64,000 nucleotides of DNA, taken from positions 76,322,001-76,386,000 of the forward strand of contig CM060733.1 of NCBI GenBank assembly GCA_030704615.1, read 5' to 3'. The notes beneath the pieces were generated by a model, which was not told the DNA's origin, ran no database searches, and was given only the letters and a program-made list of their open reading frames with translations. This document shows positions 52,362 to 61,069 of this stretch, in pieces; the stretch's first letter is position 1, and the number at the start of each line of letters is the position of its first letter. The translations under genes were made by a program, and so were the position numbers. This DNA comes from Takakia lepidozioides (lineage: Eukaryota; Plantae; Bryophyta).

Positions 52362-55300
52362 TGTAAGAGCTCGGAAGGAACGGGCTTTACAGCACGAGAA
52401 GAGAGATGAACATGTAGAGGATCCCATGTACAACATATGCAGAGCCAACACACACACATCCAAAGCTCACAAAGCACGTCCTGAACCCGGTACACCAGGT
52501 TGTACATACAAAAACTTGAAGGGCCCTCACTCAAGGTCATGAACAAGCTTATACCCAAAACCTAGGGTGAAGCAATACCCCACGTGGCAGCATGCCACGG
52601 GGTGCCTACATTACAAACAGATCTGGCCCGTAGACCAATGAAGGGGCCAGATGCAGCCACAAAAGCTCTAGGATAACCTCAAACAAGTATAGGTCAGGCT
52701 GTATATAACGGTCACCTGCCGTAAATACTAATGGCATGGGATGAAACTGTCAGACAATAATGAATAGGCTAAAAGTCAGGCCAGGAAAACATGAGCCATC
52801 ACATATGTGAAGGCTTCCCCCCCCCTTAAAATCCGAGCTCCGCGAGGTAAAATATAAGGATGTTACCCCGCCATGAAGTTCCCCAACGTCGCAGGGTGAA
52901 AAACCTTTCATGGGAAAACCCGATGGGACAAAACCCATGCAAAGAAAAACCTTACGCGTGTGCAAGTTGGAACTTCATGCTAAGTCTAATTTAACTAGAC
53001 TACAAAACAACTATGGAAGAATACTACAATCTGAAAATGAAAAATCTATCTAAGTCCAAGAGAGGTCTCATATGAAACCGAAGCCTCCCAAGCACTTGCA
53101 CCACGAGGAGTGAGCACCACCGAACGCCCCTCAACATTGATGAATGTGAAGTCAAAAACCAGCTCTGAATGAATCAAATCTACAAGTGCCATTGGCTCCT
53201 CATGTGCTTCCGTGTTGTGTCCCTGCGGCAAAATCAAAGCACGTCTCCCACGAAGCAACTTGTACAACAAATAAGGACCGTCAATATTTCTCTTAGACTT
53301 ATTTGCATGCAGTCCATGCTGAAGACGTAGGCACACATTCTATCCCTCATGGAGTACTTAACCCGCTTGTTAAAATTTCTAGTCTGTACTGCTTGAGCAA
53401 GAACAATGTTAGCCTTAGCCTCATTGACCGAGACCATGTGCCTAGCATGCACCCTCTCTACAAAATCAGTCAAATCAGCAGGCTCAGAAACAGTGGAAAT
53501 CATTGGAGTAGGATGCAAATGAGAGACACAACATCTACCATAAAGCAGCTCAAAAGGAGTTTTTCTTGTGCTAGCATGAACGCAGTGCGATAAGCAAAGA
53601 TCAGAGGAGGAATGAAGATGTCCCACTCCCTTGCAAGCTATGTAGTGTGAATGCAGGGGAGTAACATTAATGTCTTTTGTTTTACCCAGTAAGATTCTGC
53701 ATTGCTACAAAGGGAGTGCCCTGGTACCAATGATGGGCGGAATACATCCCTGCCCACAGGTTGTTTCATGGGCACACTATGCTGATACTTTGCCAGGATG
53801 AAAGTGGCTAAGTCGTGACCAGGCGTATTTTCATCCATAGGATGAATGTCTTTCATCGCTGGTGATTACCCTAGAAACGCGGGTCGAGGAAGACGAAGGG
53901 GAAGATGACGGGCACTCTGAGCAGATGCTGTGAACAGTGGAATTGGCAGGGCATTGTATCAAGGGAAATTGCATCTACACTGGGGCATTCTGGCTTGCAT
54001 TAAGAGAAGCATTAAAGGGCACAGCTTGGTAATCTGTGCAGCAGGGGAAGCGATACCGCCTTCTTCTTGGTCATGATCAGTTTCTGGAGGATATGCTTAC
54101 AGGGAGAGCGGTGCACCACCTGTGCCGCCATTGCCTTGATGACCATGGTCATGGGAGGATGAGCATGCAAGGGAAGCAGCCAGCTGCCAGAGAATAGGGA
54201 AGTGGAGTTGCTGGCACAATCAATGGAGAGATAGAGCAGCTCGACATAGCGAGCAGCTGCCAAGGTGAATGAGGGGTTGGCTTGTGTGGATGGTAACTCA
54301 GGTTATCTATAAATTAAAACTTTCAGATGATCACTATCTTCTTGTTATAAGATCATATAAGATCTTAGGGTAGAATTGCTCATATAGTAAGATAGGGTAG
54401 TTAGTTGGCAAGCTACAGGGATGTTGCCATAGGCTGAAGCAGAGCCGTCATGACTTAATGAACGCTGAAATCAAGACGACAAGAGGAGTTCAGGTAGCTG
54501 CTGATGGAGATGGTGAGGTGCCATTTTGGGTAGGCAGACCCACCGCTTCACTGGAGTATAAGACAAATAAGTTCGTAGATTCATTCTCTTCCTTTTGGCA
54601 CTAGAAATAGTTGTTGTGAAATTTTGGTAGAGACTTTCAAAACTGAGAGCATGATGAGGATGGGAAAAAGACTTTGAGAAATGGAATGGGGACTCTGGAC
54701 TTCAAACCAGGATGGGGTGGAGATGGATGGATCTGATGCACATTGTCTGCAGGAGAGTTGAGTGAGGACAGATGTAGCTCACCACTGTGACAGAATGCTT
54801 GCTGTCTGTTTTGTCCTTTGTGCTCATTTGGCTTCAGTGTCATGAATCTGAACACAATGCTGCCCTGGGATTTTTGATGATTAGATATAAGTGCAATCTA
54901 GTATAGTTGATGAGAGCACTAGTGAGGGTTAGCTGTAATCTCCTTGAAATCAGACAGAGGAAGATGTGGATGGGGCTGCAAACTGACACTGATGTGGAGT
55001 CTAGAACTGGTTCAGAGTGGTCGCAACATTTGAACTCTGTGGTTCACATCTGAAAGGGCAAAAGAGAGCTGTTGGGGTGTTTAGCTGCAGATCTGTAGAA
55101 GGGTTGGGAACTGATTGGGCAAACTGGGTTGCCCCTGGAGGCAAACAGTGTGAACGGTCCGTTTGTTTTATTTTGGTGAGAGAAAGATTGATGAAAGAGC
55201 TGATCATGTCTTGTGTGACCAAGGTTTGATTCCAAGGCTGGATGCACTTGATACATGGCTGAATGTGTCTTGCATTGCATGGTAGATAGGCTGCTGTTGG

Positions 55301-57811
55301 AAGAAAATGAGGAATTATTACACCAGGAAGGAGAGAGAAAAGGTTTGGGAAGGGAGAGAGCTGCCCAGTAAAAGGGATAATGAGGGATGGTCAACTGGGA
55401 GATAAGAGGAAAAACCATGACATCTGCAGAGAACCACTAGGCCTATAGTTCATGGTAGATCTGAGTTGCCTTTCTCTCATCAGTGATCTCATTACAAAAA
55501 GGGGTTTCGACGTGTGCTGCTCAAAAGGAAATGCCCACATGGGTCGCATTTAGCTCCGTCATAGGGCTGGTTGCATCACTGAAAATATCACGGTAGCACC
55601 ATTGGTGCTGCAATGGTAGCAAGACTGTTGTGAATCATGAACAAGGAGGACCCAATTCCCCATCCATGTTTCCTCTTCCGCTGCGGCGTGGATGAGGATT
55701 TATGAACTTTGATCATGAACGAATGGAGGGAAACCCACAACCGGGTGCCAGTGGTTAGATCACTAGGTTGTCCTTTCTTTCTTTCTTTTTATTTACTAGG
55801 AATGAAGCTTACAGTTAGAGTCACACAGAAGGGGATTCACGCCCCTTCTTTTCACACTACAGCTCGCCATTCTTCTCCAACATTCGGCAGAAAGTCTGAT
55901 TGAAACGCTCCGTCAAACCATTGGTTTGAGGATGGTAGGGGGCTGTAGTCACATGCTTGATTCCAAAGTTAAAGCATATGATATTCAAGAGGTCATTGCA
56001 AAACTCCCGGCCATTATCAGTAAACTCTTTGAGGAGATTGTGATGAGGCACGGTTGTCCTCTGTTGTGCTACCGAGTAAGAATCCTTGTTAACCATAGGA
56101 CATACTTCTACCCACTTAGTCAAGTAATCTGTAGCTACCCAAAGATAGCTATGACCCTTAAATTGAGAGCAAGAGGTCCTACCAAGTCCATACCAACTAA
56201 AGCAAAGGCATGTGTCACAGGCAATGATTGCAATTTATAAGTAACCCCCACCCGAGGAAGTGCAAGGTTAGATCGACATGCCTCACATTTGGAGATGAAG
56301 GCAGTCACATCTCTTTGGATTCCCTTCCAGTAGTACACCTCTTGTATGCGAGCTATGGTCTTCTTGACCCCAAGATGATCTGCATACAAAGAAGCATGAA
56401 AGCGTTCCAACAAAGCATCTAATTGGCTCCGTGGTGGTACCTCCAAGTAGCAAGGACTCCCATCCTTAGTGCCGACTTTGTACAACTTGCCATCCTTACA
56501 ACGATGAGCATCCACATTGTAAAGCATTTGCTTCATCAATTTCTCAGGGAGCCCTGTAGGTGAACGTCCATGAAGACATCGATGTAGTAGCGCTGCATGC
56601 AACATATCATCCATGATTGCACTGCACTAAGCGATGTTCAATGGGCTTTAGTAAGGGTGACATGGAGTGTCTGCCTCATGCTATCTCCAGTCATTAGATC
56701 CTTGTTTCATTTGAAACGGCTCATGGGAAGGCAAATCATGCCTTAAAGCACTGCCAAAACCTACACCAGAGTACAGCAGTAGGTGCACCAAACCCAAACC
56801 AAGGTTGAAAATGAGGACATAGAACAAGGAATGATAGATCAGCCCCTCACAAAGGCTTTTAACATGAGATCCACTACCCATACTAGCAATATAAGGACTC
56901 AACTTGGATCATCTAGAAGGCTAGACCAGCCCCATGCAATCTCCAAGCTAGATGGATAAAAAAAAAGAGGCTGCTGATTAGCAAATAAAAGGTTAAGAGC
57001 AGGGTCTGCCCCTTAGGAGAGGAAATATCAAGAGCAGCCAAGTCTTCCAAAGTCATCATAGGCTTGCCTGCATGAGGCTCAACCCTTATAAGAGCATCTG
57101 CATTGGAATTCTCCTTCCCCTTCTTGTAGACAATGTGAAGATCAAACTCATGTATAAACATTGTCCAGTCTACCATACAATTCACGAGGTCGAAGCAATG
57201 CCTTAAGGGGAAGAATATGATCAGTCTCAACAACAAACTTGCTTCCATGCAAATACTGCCTATAGTGTTTAACACCAAAGATCAAAGCTAGCCCCTCCTT
57301 GTCGATGATGGAATAGTTTTTTTCATGTTTGTTGAGCTTTCTAGAGGCATAAGCAATGATATGCTCCTTCCCATAAACTATTTGACACAAAATATCAAAG
57401 ATGGCAACATCAGAAGCATCTGTTTGCATCTTGAAAGGTAGGTTGAAGTTTGGAAACATAAGGACTAGAGCAATGGTGAGAGCAACCTTCAACCTGTCAA
57501 AGGCAACTTGTTGGAAAATGCCCCATTCAAAGCGAACATCCTTAGCTAGAAGCTTGGTCAAAGCAAAAGCAATCATAGCAAAAATGTTTGATGAACCTCC
57601 GGTAGTAAGAAGCCAAACCAAGTTAGGATTTAACACAGTGCTTGTCTTTGGGAATGGGAAACTCCCAAACAAAGCGAAGCTTGTCAGGATCAGGCTTAAG
57701 ACCTTCTTTAGATAGGACATGACCCAAGAAGTGAAGCTCGGGCAACCATACATTTCATTATAAGCGAAATGCAAACAACAACCTTCAATGTGTGTGTGCA
57801 TCAAATATGTC
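52362..57811 (-). mobile_element. Decayed Ty3/gypsy (RT end, RNase H, integrase, PPT, probable 3' LTR at 52362-52803), cut at 57811 by the MULE-like element
   Basis: QTDASD, AYASRKL, HLGV..YYW..C..C, TDNGREF..YHPQTNGLTERFN, TPFELLYG, GPY; G-rich PPT at 52817-52825. Confidence 0.85.
53641..55861 (-). mobile_element. 2.2-kb insertion with inverted TGTAGTGTGAA..TTCACACTACA ends; internal DIRS-like RNase H and tyrosine-recombinase traces
   Basis: 11-bp perfect terminal inversion; near-TSD GCTA/GCTC; removal restores the integrase frame EKNGELAREWD. Internal motifs are degenerate. Confidence 0.6.
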
Positions 57812-58274
57812 GGGGGCTGCTATTTCATGAGCCATGAGCCATGAGCGGCATGAGCCATGAGCAGAGTCGTAAGTGTGGAAAAAAACATGAGCAGCACTAT
57901 TTTCCGGAAATGAGTGTCCGCGGGAATAGGGTTTAGGGTGCCACGGTCATAGGGGGAGAAGGACCTCCCGATGAAGGAGGTTCGGCAATGTTATTTAGAA
58001 TTATATATTGAAAGGCAATGTTTCGCGAATGGTAGGGTGGTACTGCTCTGTACAATGGGGGCCCATTTCAGCCTACCAGCCACTTGCAAAATCCACCCAC
58101 ACTCCCAATCCCAAACGAAATGAGCAATGACGCATTCTCGGAACGATGGACACATAATAGAATAAAAAGAGGGCACAATGAGGTTTTTATTGATCCACAT
58201 GAATTGCATTTGAAGCACGTCTACTATGCTGATTGTGCAATCAAATCTTTAGCCCTGTGCCTACTGAATACAAG

Positions 58275-58838
58275 TCACGTTGTCAATGGGACTTCGACTG
58301 CTCTCAGAACTAGCTCATGAGTCATGGGGCTCCTCCATGTAAAGTCGATTGCAGCCGTTGTACCGCCCCTAGTGATGTTCACCACAATGTCCTGCCCTTC
58401 AATCATACCACCATCGAATATGGAAATCTTCACGTTTTCGTCGTCCACACCAATGCGAATGTCCCCATACAATGGAGAAGAGGAGCGCACTCCTTGAGGA
58501 GAATAGGTCTCTCCGATGGAGTCCACCCACGTCCAGTGGCAGCAGTTCCACCGCAACAGCATAGCAGTGCGCCTTCTTCTGCATGGGTGACCGTCGTAGC
58601 TGGGAAAATCGGAATCGAGGATGCGCAGGAGCCACGGACTCCTCAGACCAAGATCGTCACCCCGCTCGAAGGCGTAGTGGCCTACGATATACTCAAAAGC
58701 CACCAATGTTTCCACAATCGAACCAGTATCTTCTGTGTAATCTGTGTACCAGATAACAATGTCTCCCGATGTGGCCGAATACATTGCATAATCGATGCCT
58801 CCAAATGGGCAGTCGTCCCGGTTCCGGAAGCACGGCAT
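58275..58838 (-). CDS. Unknown protein, paralog A (187 aa from MPCFRN)
   Basis: Intact ORF, colinear and roughly half identical to 59395-59973; the same CAAGGATGCCGTGC start context. Confidence 0.8.
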   Translation of the reverse strand: MPCFRNRDDCPFGGIDYAMYSATSGDIVIWYTDYTEDTGSIVETLVAFEYIVGHYAFERGDDLGLRSPWLLRILDSDFPSYDGHPCRRRRTAMLLRWNCCHWTWVDSIGETYSPQGVRSSSPLYGDIRIGVDDENVKISIFDGGMIEGQDIVVNITRGGTTAAIDFTWRSPMTHELVLRAVEVPLTT

Positions 58839-59394
58839 CCTTGCAAAGGAGGACCTGAGGACGACTTGGATGCAGATGACAATGACCTTGCGGATAGCTA
58901 CGAAGCCCTTAGATTTTGGAAATGATGCGAAGCGGAAGAGCAGTCCGGCCTCCAATAATGGAGCATCTGGGTCCCACGTACCCACCGACAGAGGTGGAAC
59001 GTGTTCATCACGCCGGCGGTGGATGAACCCATACATCTTTCTCATCAACAAGTTATAGTTTGAGATCTGCCACCGAAGTCCATCCCCCCGGATGGAAATT
59101 CGGCGCCGCATTTACATCGAAGAGGGGATGGACTTCGTCGTGTCCAGTGGCTATCGGCCCACCTGGCAGTGAGTGCCCATAGTTTGCATGGCAGGGTAGG
59201 AAACTGAAACGGCTACATTCATGAAGCAACCAATCTTCATCGGTCCAGGATCCTGTATGGGGGAAATTTAAATGTGCCCTGGAGTGTTTGTGAGGAATTG
59301 CAGCGTTAGCTTGAACTTTTTCCAGCCACCGCGCTGCTCCTCCTCCATCCGGGAGCTGTTGTCATTGAGCGTACTCCGCTACTCTTTTTCAAGG

Positions 59395-59973
59395 ATGCCG
59401 TGCCGCCGAAATCCAGCCGACTGCCCTTATCATGGCCACGATTATGCTATGTTCAAACCAGAATCAGGAGACATCATTGTCTGGCTCTCTGTTTTCACAG
59501 ACGCTGCTGGAATCAAGCAAGAGTCTTTGCGCGCAATGGAGTATCTGGAGGGCTATTACCGCTTTGAGCGAGGTGAGGGCGAGGGTCAATGCAGTCCGTG
59601 GGTCCTGAAAATTGTTGACCTCGATATACCAAGCTGGAAAGGGATGCCAGACAGATCACGCACGGCCTCGCTTTGGCGCTGGAACTGCTGCCAGTGGACC
59701 AGGGCGGACGGCACCGGGGAAAACTATATACGTGCAGATCACTCCGCTCTTCCAGTGTATGGAGACATTCGGCTGAGTTGCGAAGACGAATCGCACGGGC
59801 ACATGAGGCCCACAGTGACCTTGTCAATGTATGATGGTGGTATCATTGATGGACATGACATTGTTGTCGGCTCCAGCAAGGGCAGCAGAACGACCGAATT
59901 GCAGTTTACCTCGATGTGCCGCAGCAGTGATGAGCTTGTTTTGAGGGGTATCGAAGTTCCGTCGACTTGGTGA
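59395..59973 (+). CDS. Unknown protein, paralog B (192 aa from MPCRRN)
   Basis: Intact ORF; shares DCP..G.DYAM, SGDI, FERG, SPW, RWNCC.WT, YGDIR, DGG.I.G.DIVV and ELVLR..EVP with paralog A. Confidence 0.8.
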   Translation: MPCRRNPADCPYHGHDYAMFKPESGDIIVWLSVFTDAAGIKQESLRAMEYLEGYYRFERGEGEGQCSPWVLKIVDLDIPSWKGMPDRSRTASLWRWNCCQWTRADGTGENYIRADHSALPVYGDIRLSCEDESHGHMRPTVTLSMYDGGIIDGHDIVVGSSKGSRTTELQFTSMCRSSDELVLRGIEVPSTW

Positions 59974-60229
59974 AGCCCATGTAGAAGGAGGAAGGGCTTA
60001 GTTTTGTCTGCAGTTGGTAAATGTGAGACATCGTGTCCGATCAATAAACCCATCGTACCTCACTTCTGTATGGTTGTGTTTCATTGTGTTGAATAACTGT
60101 CGGAATTGGCCCACTGTTTACAATTTGATGTCTCATTTCTACAATGTGTCTGTCCGGATGAATATAGCAGAGTAACCGGTATGTGAGTCATGTGTCAAGA
60201 ATATACTAGAGTAACGCCATGTCGGCATC

Positions 60230-60933
60230 GAAATGCGGCACCGCATTTCCATGTGGGACAAGGAAATGCGGTGCATCATTTCCGTCCAGGTACACGAAAT
60301 ACCAACACGGGTCTATAAATTGGACAGACAACGAGGTTGGCATTGCAAATGCGGCGACGCATTTCCAGCTTGGCAATGGAAACTTCTTTTTGGACAAGGG
60401 AATGCGGTGCCGCATTTCCGTCCAACACTTCGAAAAGTGCACCTATTTCCGACCAGCGCGATGGAATGCGTTACCGCATTTCCGTGAGAGGGTCTGCAAA
60501 TGGACAAATTGCGATGTCCGTTCTGGAAATGCGGCGCCGCATTTCCATGTCCGTCATCGACTTTTTTTTTACAATGGAATGCGGTGCCAATTTTTGCTGA
60601 TGGGCCTGCAGTTCGAACAACGACCATCCCCAATATGGAAATGCGGCACTGCATTTTCAATTCCGCCATCTCGACCTCCTTGTTCGACCTCCTTGTTCGA
60701 CCTCTGTAAGCGTGGTGGCATCCATGCAATGAGCGGGAGAGGCCAAAACTGGCGTGTGGACAAAGGAAATTTTGGAAATGCGGCACCGCATTTCCAATCG
60801 GCCGATTACTTTTTACTATGCCAACATTGAAATGGAAAATTTAGTCCCTCCCCTGTTTTGGAAATGCGGTGCCGCATTTCCAAAAGAGGTTCTTAGAGTT
60901 GCCAAAATTTTGGAAATGCGGTGCCCCATTTCT
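60230..60933. repeat. Cluster of 11 copies of the palindrome GGAAATGCGGYRCCGCATTTCC with irregular spacers
   Basis: Copies at about 60230, 60262, 60347, 60398, 60463, 60525 (perfect), 60576, 60637, 60774, 60860 and 60912. Confidence 0.92.
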
Positions 60934-61069
60934 GATTTTGGAAGCGTCGTGGTTTGAGCGATTGTGTGGCTGGAATGCACACTGGAGAGGGGTCACGAAT
61001 GTCTGGCAGAATTTCCTTTATATACTCTGGAAGAGAATTTACATTTACAGAGACTTCATTAAAATTCTA

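Noticed and set aside
15338-57812. One giant element bounded by the two related MULE-like termini
   Set aside because: The termini face outward from this interval, so they are ends of two separate copies.
60219-60830. 203-aa and overlapping ORFs in the palindrome cluster
   Set aside because: Translations simply echo the palindrome on both strands, with no protein-like signal.
60230-60933. CRISPR array interpretation of the palindrome cluster
   Set aside because: Spacers are very unequal, repeats are degenerate and also dispersed in introns, there are no cas genes, and the context is eukaryotic.
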